Part shown: in pieces, positions 46,785 to 60,274 of the stretch
Layout of the letters: each line of letters opens with the position of its first letter
Position numbering within the stretch: position 1 is the first letter of the stretch
NCBI GenBank assembly: GCA_026936335.1
Contig: JAPMXV010000026.1
Span: 62,001 to 126,000 of the forward strand
Direction: 5' to 3'
Source of the DNA: Mantamonas sphyraenae STR306
Taxonomy: Eukaryota > Protista > CRuMs
DNA: 64,000 nucleotides
Notes under the pieces: model-generated
The model's input: only the letters and a program-made list of their open reading frames with translations
The model's database searches: none
What the model was told of the DNA's origin: nothing
Program-made: the position numbers and the translations under genes

Positions 46785-48467
46785 TCATGATCTCTGCCGC
46801 TTCCAGTCCTGGGTCGTGTCTGTCGTTTCCGTCGCCGGTCGCTTCCTGCGCTGGCTGTGAACACGCACCGCTGCATCGATGGCATCTGCGAGGGCAAACG
46901 ACTCAAAAGGGTCGATCTCGGCCAACCGGTTGGCAATGTTCTTTGCAAGGTCTGTGATCAATGCAATTCTGGTGCCAAGCGCGTACACATGCACTGTGCA
47001 CTCGTTTTCGTGAGAGTAAACCACCTGCGTGGACGCATACTCGCCGAAGAAGCGCGTGGCTCGATCTCCACGTCCCAGAGCCGATCGCATTTGTGCGGAT
47101 ACTTCGTTGCGGTACTGCAGAGCCAGCGACGGATCAATTGTCCACGGTCTTGCGGACTCGCCAAGTTCCTCACGTAAGACTGCTGTGTAGAACTTGCGCA
47201 CTTGGGCGTTCAGCCGCCCGGTTGCACGAGACCACTCTTTTTCCAGCGGATGTTTCCTTGCATTCGCGGACGATGTGGAGGATGAGGAGTATGAAGAGGA
47301 TGAAGAGGATGAGGTAGAAGTAGAAGATAAAGGTGTGGAGGATGACGTGGACGTGGAAGACACCTGCTGCAAGTATGGACTCGGTGTGCTGCTTGTCGAC
47401 ACCTGCTGCAAGTATGGACTCGGTGTGCTGCTTGTCGACACCTGCTGGTAGTGTGGACTCGGTGTGCTGCTTGTAGACACCTGCTGGTAGTGTGGACTCG
47501 GTGTGCTGCTTGTAGACACCTGCTGGTAGTGTGGACTCGGTGTGCTGCTTGTAGACACCTGCTGGTAGTGTGGACTCGGTGTGCTGCTTGTAGACACCTG
47601 CTGGTAGTGTGGACTCGGTGTGCTGCTTGTAGACACCTGCTGGTAGTGTGGACTCGGTGTGCTGCTTGTAGACACCTGCTGGTAGTGTGGACTCGGTGTG
47701 CTGCTTGTAGACACCTGCTGCAAGTATGGACTCGGTGTGCTGCTTGTAGACACCTGCTGCAAGTGTGGACTCGGTGTGCTGCTTGTCGTCTGGACGTTCA
47801 TGCCCGACGGCGAACGCCATATGGACGTGCTCGTGCTACTGTGGTTGTTTCCATGTATGATTTGGGCAGGTGGATTCTTGAAAATGAAGGTTGGGCCTCC
47901 TTGCCTTTCCGACTCCGCCCGCACGTATTGCTGCACGTATTGGAGGTCCACCTCTGGACCACCTATCGTTCTCGTGGTGTTGGTTGATGGATCCGTCGCT
48001 GTGAGCACCCAAGATGTTCCGTTGTTCCTTGCTACCACGACCCTGCTACCCGTGCTGGCGATGTCCGTCTGGTTGCTGTTGCCGCCTCCCGAAGTCACCA
48101 TCATCATCCCGATCCCGCTGTTCGATGTCGTTGCCAAGTTGTTGTTGCTGTGCTGTTGCCAGAGCTGTTGTTGTCGCTGTTGTACTTGCTGTTGCTGTTG
48201 TACCTGCTGCTGCTGTTGTTGTTGCTGTTGCTGTTGCTGTTGTTGTTGCGGTTGCGGTTGCTGTTGTTGTTGCTGTTGCTGTTGATGTTGCTGCTGCTGT
48301 TGCTGTTGCGGTTGCTGTTGCTGTTGTTGTTGCTGTTGCTGTTGCGGTTGCGGTTGCGGTTGCGGTTGCGGTTGCGGTTGCTGTTCCCGTCGCTGTTGCT
48401 CTTTCTCTTGCTGTTGCTGTCGCCGTCGCTGTCGCCGTTCCCGTCGCTGTTGCCGCTCTTGTGTGCG

Positions 48468-48513
<46 letters not shown>

Positions 48514-49799
48514 GTTGTGCTTGAGGACACAGATGTTTCCTGTGCTGTTGTTCCCAATCTTGGCGATTCGCTTCCACTTCCACTGCTCGCAATGTTCAAA
48601 CCACTCGAATTGCTGGTGCTCGTCGTGCTCGTCGTGCTCGTTGTGCTCGTCGTGCTCGTTGTGCTCGTTGTGCTCGTCGTGCCCGCAGTGCCAGCCATGC
48701 TTGATGCACTACTCGTCCCCAAATCCTCACTCTGTGGCTGCCACATGCGTCTCCTCCGGGGCGAACTCAGCACTGGGTCGTAGTCCACCTCATGGCCTGG
48801 AATCGTCTGCCCTGCCCCCCTGTTGTACCATGTTTTCGGGACCCATCCAGACCCCAGAAAGTGCCGCAACTCGTGCACAAACATCTCGGTACGCGACCCA
48901 AGCAACTCTCGCAACTGTTCTTCCAACGCCCGTGCATCCAGTGCCCCCCTGCTTTCCAGAATAGACATCACGGCCGCGCACAGCGTTCGGATCTCTACCC
49001 TTTCCGCCAGCGCCATCAGCTCGTCGTGCACAAAATTATGCACCCTATGGACCCGCGATCGAATCGATTGTGAAGTTAAGTGCCTAGAAACGCGGTTTGC
49101 CTTCCTGTCCAGCTGCCGAGTCCACATGTTGGAGCGATACCGTCGCAGTCGCTCCGTCAGCCCGTAGAGTCTCGCCCAAGAATCGTCACGTTGCACGTCG
49201 GATTCCGAGCTGCTCATCGATGAGCTACTACTTTGTGTTCCTGAGTATGCCCCCGATGAGGTTGTGGAGCTTGTCTGTGCACGTGCAACGCCGCCCGACG
49301 GAATCGGCGGCGGCGAGGGACGTCGACTGCGTCCAATGGCCATGCGGTTGAACTCCCCTGTGCCTGTGGGATCAAACACCACCGTGTCAAACTCCCGTCG
49401 ACACTGCGGACACTTTGTCGAGCGGTTGGCCCACATTTTGATGCAGGACAAGCAGAAGCGGTGAAAGCAAACGTCTAGGAACGCAAGGTTCCCTTCCTTC
49501 ACACGCTCCAGACAAATGCTACAGTCCTCGTCGCCAAACTCATAGTCCTCGTCGGCAGAGTTGAGCAACTCCTCCTCCCCCTCCTCCATCTGCCTCGCGG
49601 GTTTGGTGTCGAACCCGGCCCCGACTCCTGAATACATCGAATCTTCCCGACTGGGCGGAGTTCCCGACACCGCTGCTCGCCACTCCGCCTCCCGCTGCGC
49701 GCTTTCCATGCTCATGGCCAACGCCTTTTGCAGCTGTTCTTCCTCTTCATTCCAGCTGGAAGGCATCCTGGGCGGCGTCCGTGGCTCCTCCTCCTCCAT
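46785..49799 (-). CDS. Topors-like RING E3 ligase with UIM and long low-complexity tail
   Basis: EEEEQLQKALAMSME (UIM); CSICL..CFHRFCLSCI..CPQCR (C3HC4); FVHDEL..TEMFVHELRHF. Confidence 0.7.
47358..47787 (-). repeat. 39-bp coding minisatellite, 11 units (STSSTPSP[HY/YL/HL]QQV)
   Basis: Head-to-tail repeat without spacers. Confidence 0.95.
48140..48515 (-). repeat. CAA/CAG/CCG microsatellite region encoding poly-Q, QP and SN tracts
   Basis: Visible triplet and hexamer repeats. Confidence 0.9.
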
Positions 49800-49869
49800 C
49801 GGATCCTTGACAGCTGTCGACACTTGAGTTGCGCCGAGTGACGCACACCACACGCCACCCCAAACACAT

Positions 49870-50602
49870 ATGTCGCGTTCCAAGTCCTCCCCCGCCATCA
49901 ACGTACTCATCACTGGCACACCGGGCACAGGCAAGACCACCCTTGCTGGACTCGTTGCCGAGCGCACCGACATGAACCACATCGACATCAGTGCCCTTGT
50001 GAAGGAAAAGGTACGTCCACAGATCCGGATCCGGATCTCGACGCCGCCGCTGCCCGTTGTCAACCTGCGCATTGCCAAACCTCCACGATCGACTGCTCAC
50101 ACTTGCCACCCGACAGGAACTGTACGAGGAATGGGACGAGGAGTATTCCAGCTACGTCATCGACGAGGACAAGGTGTGTTTCGTGTGCGCATGTTCTCCA
50201 CTCGCCCAAATCGGCTCCCACGAACAGCTCACACCGACACTCACTCGTTGCCAATTTGCCCACCCATTCTACCTCCAGGTGTGCGACGAACTGGAAGAGA
50301 CCATGAGCAAAGGGTTCAACGTGGTCGACCACCACGGTTGCGACTGGTTCCCCGAACGCTGGTTCCAGCTCGTTGTCGTGCTGCGAACAGACAACACCAC
50401 GCTGTACGACCGCCTTGTCGACAGGGGTTACGAGAAGCAAAAGCTGGAGGACAACATCGAGGCCGAAATCATGCGTGTCATCCTCGACGAGGCTATGGAG
50501 AGCTACGACGAGAAAATCATCTGGGAGCTCGACTCCAACTCCATCGAAGACATGGAGAACAACGCCGACAGGATTGTCGATTGGGTCAAAGACAACTCGT
50601 AG
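49870..50602 (+). CDS. AK6: Adenylate kinase 6 (Fap7/hCINAP)
   Basis: NVLITGTPGTGKT, VVDHHGCDWFPERWF, LYDRLVDRGY, NIEAEIM; introns 50011-50116 and 50174-50278. Confidence 0.92.
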
Positions 50603-50677
50603 ACGAACAAGGTGGTCGCACCCCCACCACCACCCCCATGTATTTCCCAGTTAAAGAAATTTCTTCTTCTCTCTTTC

Positions 50678-53600
50678 TCAATCGTCCTGCTCCTTGCCAC
50701 ACAACTCCTCCAGCTGCAGGTGCTCTTTCAGCACACTCTGCTTCTCCAGCTCTCGCCGCCTGATGCTGCGTGCTGCAAACCTATCCTTGTCCATCTGCAC
50801 ATTGGCCGTCTCGCCGCTGAGGAAGCTCGTCAGTTCGTACTGCTTCCACATCTCCAGCAGTTGTGCGGGCGACCCGGCCTCGCGCAACACAAACAGCATC
50901 TCTTCGTCCCAATCCTCCTTAAAGTAGCGTCCCAGTCGACGTGACGGTTGCATCAGCGTCACCACGAGCCGGGTGTTGACCTCGGGCATCACCTCCTTGC
51001 GCACCAGAGCCACAAGCAGCATCAGCACGCTGCTCAACTGCTGGAAGGCTTCGTCGTTCACCAGCTCGTCCTGCACAAGCTGCATGCACGTCCGTTGGAT
51101 GTGCAACTGTGTCCTCTCCCACACATTCATACCGTACATCTTTGTGTGTGCCACCAGCGACACCTCCATCAGCAGACCACGCACGCCGCCTGCGCGGAAC
51201 GTATCGTACGTGTCGGCGTGCAGGAAGGGCAGACGCGACCAATCTGTGTTGCGCAGCAGCTCCAGCTCGTGGCAAATCTCAAACACAAGCGACACGAGCG
51301 GCCAGCATTCGTGCAAGAACGCAGGCGGCAATTCGTCCAACTCGTCCTCTCCTTCCTCCTCGCCTTCCGCTTCCTCCTCCTCGGCCTTCTTCTTCTTCTT
51401 CTTTTTCAATCGGAACAGCTTCTTCTTCTTCTTCTTCGGTTTGTCGTCGTTCGCCTTGCGTTTGCGCAGATTGGCCCCAAACAGCCGGTCTTCCTTCGAC
51501 ACGTGGGCTGCCGCAGCTATCTCGGGATCCATGTCCTTCTCAAAGTGAGCCTGACGACACGCACGTACCTTGTCCGCCACGCGTGCCAAACTCTCGTCCT
51601 CCTCCTCTTCCGCCTGCCCTTCCGCCGACGGTTTCTCCTCCTCCGGTCGCCTAAACACAAGCGGCACCGTCATGGTACGCACGGGGTACCTCTCCACATC
51701 CTCACAGTTGAGGTCGTCGCGGATCAGCTCCAGGGCGCGTGCGCGGTACTCGTCGGTGGCGGTGAGAAAGAGGTGTTCGTCGACCATGCGCAGAAGGTTG
51801 CCCACGTTGACCCACACGGGCGTCTTCATCTCCCAGTCAAACACCTGGCGAGCAAAGCGCACGAGGACAAAGATCAGCGAGGACAGCAGGGCGCGCTGGA
51901 ACATGACCACGTTGGCGCGCTTGTTGGCAAACGCAGACGTGCTTTCCGTGGCGTGCGTGGTCAGGAAGCGCTCATGGCGCAGCACGTGTGTGTTGTTGTC
52001 CACCATGAGAAACTCGGCAAGGTAAAACAGGCGTGCGAGTTCGTGGGTGGCGTTTAGCGAGGTGCGCATCTGGAAAAACACCACATTCTGCAACACGCCC
52101 ACACACAGGTTGAACACAACCGTGTCGGCGATAAAGGTTTTCAACACACACAGCACGTTCTCCTGCCACAGCGGTGTGCTAATCACCAGCTTGCAATTCT
52201 CGTCGCCGTTGCCAACAAAGCCCACCGTCAGCGTGTGCAGCGACTCCATCACATACTCTGCCAGTTGTTCATCGTTGCTCTTGATGCACAGAGCCATGAT
52301 GGTGCGCAGGAGGGGCAGCAGGTTCTTGCTCAGCTTCATCTTTTCATCCACTTCCAGCGGGTTGAAGTACACCCTGCTGATCGGCCTGTCCACACGGATC
52401 TCGTTGGTCAGGATCATCATCAGCGCATCCATAACGAGAATGGTAATCTTGCTCTCCAGCAGCGTCGTCTCAATGACAGCCAGCACGTCCTCGATGCCGG
52501 GCGGGAAGTTGTACTTGATCATCAGGCCCACAATCTTGAGCGAGCTGATACGCACGCGCTCCTTGGGGTTGCGCATGAGGTCCAAAAACACAGCGAGGCC
52601 CTCTTTGTCCCACAGCTGGGTGCACAGTACGCTCTGTGCGCCTCCTGCAAAGATGACCTCTGCCACGAGCTGGGAGATGTCCGTCAGCTGCGCCAGGTCG
52701 GTGCAGCTCTTGAGAAAGTCGATGAGATAGTCTGTGACTGCGCCGGCAATGCTTGCGGTGGAGTCTTGCAGCAGCACGTGGCGCAGAACCTGGATGAGAA
52801 ACACGCGTACGGTGAGGACATCCTCGCGCGAAAGGCGTCGATGGTGCATACGCTGCTCGGTGGTGCGAGAGATGCCCTCCTCCTCGTCCAGCCAGTAGTA
52901 CTGACGCAGGATGTCAAACAGGTTGATGACAGTGAAACCGCTGGGGATGCCTGCGTTCTCCTCGTACAGACGTCGCACGTAGTCGAGCAACAGCAGCTGG
53001 GTTTCCAGGTCGTGCCAGGCCCAGATTTCCATGTTGAAGACAATGTGTCGCAGAAAGAGTGGGTACAGCTCGTCGTTGGACTCGACAAAGGTGGAAAGCA
53101 CCTCCAGGCGGCGCACAAGGTCGCTCCCTTGGATGGTTGGGTTCAGGTCCTTGAGCAGGCCGGCCAACTCGATGAGATCCAGCTCTGTCAACAGCGACAG
53201 GTTGTTGGCCTGACCGTACAGGATGTTGTTGACGATGCTGAGCATGGTGACGGGCACAGCCGGGTCGGCAGCAAACTCGGGTGCTTCCGACATGTCGTAG
53301 TCGGCCGGCAGGGGCTCGTCGTCGTCGTACGGGAGCAGATAATTGGTTTGCAGCAGCATGTGCATGGGTTTCCACAGCTCCTGCAGACCTCCGATGTCGT
53401 AGAGGGTGGTGCAGGGGTTTTTGGTGACCACTGCGCTGACGGCGGCCATGTGGCCGTTGTGTTTGCCAAACACGCCGCGGATGAACTCGGAGGTGGTGCA
53501 GCGCGGGTTGAGACACATGTACACCTTGTCGTAGAGGGTGTCGGGCAGGGTCTTGAGGGCGTGCTGATAGTCCGAGTCGGCCTCGGATTTGGATTGCAAG

Positions 53601-55711
53601 CGTTGCAACTCCTCGTCGGACATCTCGTGCACGCCCTTGCCACGCAGAGCACGCAGCTCGTGGGCACTGAGGGCCTTGGTGAAGACAGTGGCGCCCGAGG
53701 TGGCGCCGATATACTCGCCAAAGAGGCGGCAGCGTGTAAACACGCGACAGTCGGTTTCGCTGGGATAGAGCAGCTTCTTGACACACACAAACTTGGTGTC
53801 GACCCACAGCGACACGTCCTGGTTGCGCTCGTGGACAATGCCCACGGCGTACCAGGTGCGCGGTTGAAAGTCGTGCTCGAGCAGGATGCTTGCCTGGATG
53901 GTGTCGCCCTCGGGCTTCTTGCTGTCCAGCATGACATTGCTCTTGATGTCCAAACTGATGCCTGCCGGGCGGATAAACGCAGTGATGCCGTACCCGACGT
54001 CGTTCTTGAAGTTGTACAAGTAGGCGGTGTCGCGTTCAAACACGTCGACGTAGATCCACGTGTAAAACGTGTACGCCTCGGTGGGCCACGCCTGCACCTC
54101 GTTGTCAATGGAGATGAGGGACATGTTGGAGCGCAGCAGAAAGAAGTAGTCCGGGTGGGCGCGGCTGAACATGCGGTTCAGCGCATACATAAACGCATCG
54201 TGGACGTCGGTGGGCAACAGCTCACGGTTCTCAATCGTGGCCAAGATCTGCTTCAGATTCTTTGCACGCACGTCAAACGCCGCCAACGCCAGCATGAGTT
54301 CCACGATTTGCTCTGTGGGTGAGGGAACGGGGTCGGGGAACAGGGTCGTCAGTGTGTCAGTGTGTGTCGGGAGAGCCGGCGGGAGGGTGGGGGGTGGCAC
54401 ACACACACACACACACGTACTCTTCAAGGAGATGGTGGAGCTGGACTCCAGCCACTCGAGACAGAGCTCGATGACATGGATGGCAGACAGAGAGTACTTG
54501 TTGAAAATGTGGTGGTTGAGGAGGAGGTTCAGGGCGGCGGCGGCGGTGAACTGGTGCTTTTCGGGCAGATCAGCAAACATCTCGGACATGGTGTACACCA
54601 TGGATGGGTAGACAATGGTGAGGTCGCGTACACCTGCCTCGAGCTTCTTGCACGAGCGTGGCGTTTCGGTCATGATGTCAAAGAGCAGGTAGAGAACCTC
54701 CAGGCTGGGCTCGTTCTCAATCACCTCTTCCCACTGATCCAAGCTCATGCCCTCCATCTCCTCGTCGTTGAAGCTGTAGATAAGCGGCTCCTCCTCCAAC
54801 TTGGACTGGATCTTGTTCAGTGTCTTGGCAAACTTGCGGAAGCACTCCTCCTGCACCTCGCCTGTGTTTTCCAGGTAGTCCTCCCACAGATCTTCCAAGG
54901 CGCCGCCGATATTCGTGTCGCTGTGTGTACACACACACGCACAGTGTGGCAAAACGAGAGGACGTGAGAGCGAGCATGAGTGTGAGTGTGAGTGCGTTGC
55001 ACGTTGCATGCGTTGTGTGACGTGGTGCGGATTGACTTTTGCGGGCAGAAAAAGGAGCAAAGGAGCAAAACGTACGCAAAGAGCACTTCAAAGTTGTTCA
55101 GGTTGACAGGAGTCTCTGTGATGGTGTTCTTGCGCAGGGACCAGGGTGCATGCACGTTGGCGGTGAGCCGTTCGGCCCTGATGTTTTCTGCCTCGAGCTG
55201 AGCCATGGCCGACACGGAGTTGGCGGCGGCGCGGCTTGTGATGTGCTCAAAGCGGCTCGCCAAATCGGCATCCTCGTCGTCTTCTTCGTCGTCTTCCTCG
55301 TCATACTCGTCACTGTATGAGCTGGAAGAGGAGGAAGAGGAGGAAGAGGAGGACGCAGCGGAAGAGGAGGAGGTTGTCGTGGAGGATGATGCTGAGGATG
55401 CGGACGAAGAGGACGACGCGGCCGAGGACGACGACCCAGACGTGTTGGCGAGTTGGTCGTCCTGCACAGTGTCCTCGACATCCACTTGCACCTCCACGTC
55501 GGTTTGTACATCTGTGGCAATGAAAGAACGAGGCGTAAGAGGGCGAGAAACGAGAGAAGCGGCGCATGGACCCCAATTCCCGCGTCAGCGAACGGCGCCC
55601 AACACACGCGACAGCGTGCCGGGCTCTCACGGGTGCGGACATGCATGCACACACAGAGCACATGGATGTGCCTCCAAACAAGCACATGTGCAATGTTGTG
55701 ATGTGTGGCGA

Positions 55712-55742
<31 letters not shown>

Positions 55743-56520
55743 TGGGGTGGCACCTACCGTCTGTGAATGCCTCAACGTCGTCCTGTTCGGCGGTCTCTGT
55801 CTGCGTTGCGATGGCCAGGTCGCTGCTATCGGCCTCCTGGACGTCGACTTGTTCGTCGCTCTGTGTGTTGGGTGTGTCTTGGGGCCCATCGACTTCTGTG
55901 TGCTCCTCCTGGGCCTCGGTTGACTCGTGCGTCTCCTGCTCCTCCATTCCTCCAGCAGGTTCGTCTTGCTGAGGAGGTTCCTCAGCCTGTTCCTGTTCCT
56001 GTTCCGTCTCCTGTTGCTCCTCCTCCTCCTCTACGTTTGCTTCTTGGGTCTCTTGTTGCTCGTCCGACGGTGTGTGTTGCTGCTCCTCCTCCGCATTGGT
56101 CGTGACGTCGTTGTGGCTGGCGGCTGCCGACTCGTCAGCCTCGTCTGTGACCTCCTGGTGCTCCTGGTGCTCCTGTGCGCCACTGTCGTCGTCTGCAGCC
56201 TCGTTATCATCTGCATCCGCTCCATTGGTATCCGTGGCCTGTTCATCATCGGAGGAATCGTCGTCATCGTTGAGCATGACGGCAGTGGAGGCGACCGCAG
56301 CCGTGGATGGCTCTGGCTGTTGGGTTTGGGTCGTCGGCTGCGCCTCGTCGTCGCTGCTGCTATCATCATCCTCCAGCATGACCACCGTGGATGTGTTTGC
56401 ACGATCGCGCACAACCATCACCTCCTCGTCGCCCGATGACGAGTCGTCGTCTTGAAGCATGCCGGGATTCGCTTTGGCGCAGCTCCCGCAAAACTTTTCC
56501 CCCGCCAGCATGGACGATGT
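50678..56520 (-). CDS. Large neurobeachin-N-terminus-like protein (ConA-like + ARM) with acidic N-terminus; no BEACH/WD40 seen
   Basis: AYTFYTWIY..LYNF..WYAVGIVH..LWVD..LYDIGGL..HIVFNMEIW..LFDILRQYYW; several introns; 5' end approximate. Confidence 0.55.
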
Positions 56521-56774
56521 GAGTTGCAACTTTTGTTGTGTGCGTTTGTCCACATGCATACACACACACACACCCATGGTCTTCCTCATTGGGTCCGTGT
56601 CCGTGTTGTGGTGTGCATGTGTGTGTGTGTGTGTCTGCCGTTCTTCTTTTTGGCGATGCACCCAACCCGCTTTTTTCGGCGGAGCGTTCGTCTGTACCCT
56701 GTCGCAAGGCATCCCATGTGGCAAGATGGGCCCAGGCGCGGCTCGAGGGCACCAGGCGATCGTTGTTCGTTCGC

Positions 56775-59700
56775 ATGAGGGTGTGGATTGAGGGTGTGCG
56801 AGGCTGATGGGGGTGCTGTCTTGGCGTGGTCTGTGGTTTGAACGAGGCCAAGGCAGCAAATCCCCTCTGCGTGTTGCGAGGCGCTGACACGGCCACGGGA
56901 CATACAGCTGGCCGGATACCTGTACAAACAGGGGGACAAGGGTCTGGTCAAGGCCTACCGGAAACGGTGGTTTGTGTACAGGCCCGAAGAGAACCGAATC
57001 TACTACTACAAAGTGCGCGAGGGGAGCGAGGATGGCGGAGGCGGCGGCAAGAAGAAGGGCTCCGGGGCCGGAGGAGACTCGAGCAGCTCGTCGGGCGCAA
57101 GCAGTCGCACCCCACTGTACAAACGATCGGGGTCGCGCAAGACAGGCAAGGGAGTGTCGAGTGGAGGTGGAGGGGAGACGGGCCAAAACGAGGAAAACGG
57201 GAGGCAGCAGCCGAATCTGGAGGGCATTCAGGCGTCGGGGTTCATCGACGTCTCCAAAGTGGACAAGGCTGTGTTTACGGGCTACTCCAGTAGCAACGAA
57301 CGGTACGGACTGGTGTTTGAGACGCCGTCTCGCAAGTACCAACTGGAGGGGGACCTGGAAGACGATTGCCGCCGTTGGGTCAAACGCGTCAACAAGCTGG
57401 TGGCCAACAAGTACGGCCCGCCGTCTCTGGACAAAGGGGCAGACGAGTCATTCAGCAGCACATCGAGTGAGCACCCGTCGCCGAGCGGCGGCCTGTTGTC
57501 TGTGGATGAGGGCAACGGGGCAAGCGACGGGGGCGGAGGGATGATGTCCACACGCAGCAAGCGAGGAGGCGGAGGAGGCGGAGGAGGAGGCGGGGGCAGC
57601 GGAGGCGGAGGCGGAGGAGGAGGAGGAGGGCAATAACTACCGCAAGAGTGTGCGCATGAGCGTACAGGATTTGCAGCTGGGGATGATGGGTGCACGCAAT
57701 GGCAGCAAGAGCACACAGGCTGAAGACATCTTTGTGACGGAGGCTGTGCATCAGCAGTTGCTACAGCAGATCCGCAACCACCGCGGGTTCAGTGTATCCA
57801 CAGAAAACGATCTGCAGGGGATTGATGCGCTGATTGCTGGGCAGAGCGGCAGCAGCGGCGGCCACGAGGGAGCCACAAGGGCAGAGACGATAGAGAATGG
57901 GACGCAAGGATCGCCCATGGCAGCGGGTACGGATGGGACAGAGGTGACGCCTGCGCCTGCTGCGTCGCCAGGATGGGAAGAGGTGTCGTTGGGGGGAGGC
58001 AGCAGCGGGGACGATGCAGAGTCGCCGCATCCGGACCTGCTGGCGCCGGTGCAGCGCATTGTTCATGTGCGTAGCTTGGATTGGGAGGATGTGGAGGATG
58101 TACAGACAGAGTTGATGGGAGGGGGAAGCGGAGGAGGTGGAGGTGGGATCGGAAGCGACTATGGCATGCGAGAGAAAGGCATCGGCAGTGGCGGGAGCAA
58201 AGAGACAAACAGCACAGGGATGTATGCACACGAACAGGTGAACTTGGAATCGTTGATGGCTCGCAAAAGCAAGAGAAAGGGCGGCGGTGGGATGATGTCG
58301 CAGCGATCCCATTCGCTGTCTGGGGACGGCCGCGATGTACAGAAGACAGAACAGGCGGGCACACCGGCACAGCTGGTGGCGATGGCATCGATGCCCGATC
58401 TGGTGTTGGAAGGCGGCAGTGGACTGGGCGGAGCAGGAGGAGTGAGTGTGCGCAAGAGTGGAAGCCGTTCGCCGTTGGGGATGACACGGAACAGCAGCCG
58501 GGTGATCAGCGGCACGTACACAGAGAACGTGAAGCAGCTGAACATCGGGGAGCTGGGACGCGTGGCGATTGTGGCGTCGGAAAGGGAGGGCACGGTGCAT
58601 GACAACGAGCAACCTGTGTCGCTGTCGGTGATGCGGCGTGGGTCGGCGACAAAGCGTACGGGCGAAGGAGGCAAACAGACGAGTGGGGACATGTCGATCG
58701 CAAGCCTACTGGGTGACACAACGCATGCGATGGGTATTGGGTTGGGACTGATGGACAGGATGTCACCGAGGCAAGGAAACGCGGAAGCGGAGGAGGAGAT
58801 GTTCAGCGATATCCTGCTGGACGACGAAAAGGACAGCAAGCGAGGCTTTACGGTGCGCAAGTCGACGACAGTGGCGAGTGTGGAGAGTTCGCCCGTGCGT
58901 TCGTCCACAATCGCCATCCCGTCGACCTCGTCGATTCTGGGCAAGAAGAAAGATCGGCCGACGGGGACACCCACGGCGGCGGCAGCAGCAGCGGCGAGCA
59001 GCAGGCTGGCAAGCAAGGACGCCACACAGAGCAGTGGAGGTGGGATGGCCGGAGGAGGAGGAGATGGCAGCGGAGTAGACGGCGAGAGTCACGAGGCAGG
59101 GGAGAGGGTGACGGGAGACGACAAGGGAGAGGGCAACGGGATGAGTTTGAGTGGAGGGACCGGGGATGGAACGGGTGGCTCGTCTGGAGGAGGGGCAGGA
59201 GTCGCAGGAGGAGGCGATGGAGGAAGTGGAAGTGGGGAGCAGCAGGGAGAGGGTGGGTCAAGCAGCGGGAAGCGCAGTCTGAAGCGTGCAGTGAGCAAAG
59301 ACAGTGACGGGAGTGGGAGCGGACGGTCGCGGGATGGGATCATGCCGGAGAGTGTGGGTGGAGGCGGAGGTGGGGATCAGGGAGCACACGCGTTGAGCAA
59401 GCGGATGTCATGGATGCATGTTTCGGAAACGTGGGTGGAGCTGACGATGGGTACAGACGGGGAGAGTGTGTTGGAGCAGTCGTTCGAGGCAGACAGCGCA
59501 CGTGCGAGCATGTCTGTGTCGGAGCTGAATCTGCTGGGCGGAGAAGGAGAGATGGTGGGTGGGGAAGCGGAGGGCCGCGTGAGCCAGGACGACGGAAGCG
59601 GTGGAGGAGGATCGAGCGGGTTGGGACGTGTGTCGATGGACAGCGTGAGCGGAGGGAGCACGGGCCGAGTGAGCATGGATTCGGAGGGCCGGTTTTCGTT

Positions 59701-60202
59701 GTCGTTGGGGGACATTGCAGAGGAGGAGGGGCGCCCGTCGCTGGAAGGGGCAGGTGCAAGCACAGCGAGCGACACCGGGTCGAGTGGAGGTGCGGGGGGT
59801 GATGGGGCGGATGAAATGGGCGCCGGGGCGTCGTCGTCGGCTGCGTCGTCGTCGTCGTCGCTCGGGGGTGGTGCGTACGAACACCAGGGGTGGCTGTGGA
59901 AGATGGATGGCAAGGGGTTGAAGAAGGGGTTCAAGAAGCGGTGGTTTGTGCTGGACAAGGAGGTTGTGTCGTACTACAAGACACCCGAAAGCAAGGAGGC
60001 ACAGGGGACGATCGACGTGAAGAAGATCACAGGGGTCAGCGTGCCGTCGGAGCTGAGCAAGGTGCACGTGAAACACAACATGACGTATGCACTGGACGTG
60101 GAGATTCCCGGGCGAGTGTATGCGCTGGCGGCAGCGGACGAGATGGAGCGACAAAAGTGGCTGGAAATGCTGGATCTGGCACGCACGTTGCTGGGGACGT
60201 GA
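56775..60202 (+). CDS. Protein with N- and C-terminal PH domains and a long G/S-rich linker; one frame break
   Basis: LAGYLYKQGDKGLVKAYRKRWF..YYYK..RKYQL..RRWV and HQGWLWKMDGKGLKKGFKKRWFVL..YYK..GTID..RVYAL..KWL; ORFs join at the G-run 57627-57630. Confidence 0.7.
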
Positions 60203-60274
60203 GTGAGATGGAGAGAGAAAGGGAGAGAGGGAGAGAAGGGAGATGGAATGCACCGCACTTTATTGTTGAAGGGC

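Noticed and set aside
43924-46788. Long antisense or alternative-frame ORFs (e.g. 954 aa here, 695 aa at 52235, 697 aa at 35463)
   Set aside because: Shadow ORFs expected from high GC3 on the opposite strand of real genes; no motifs.
47358-47787. 39-bp repeats as a CRISPR array
   Set aside because: Head-to-tail with no unique spacers, in frame within a eukaryotic CDS, and no cas genes.
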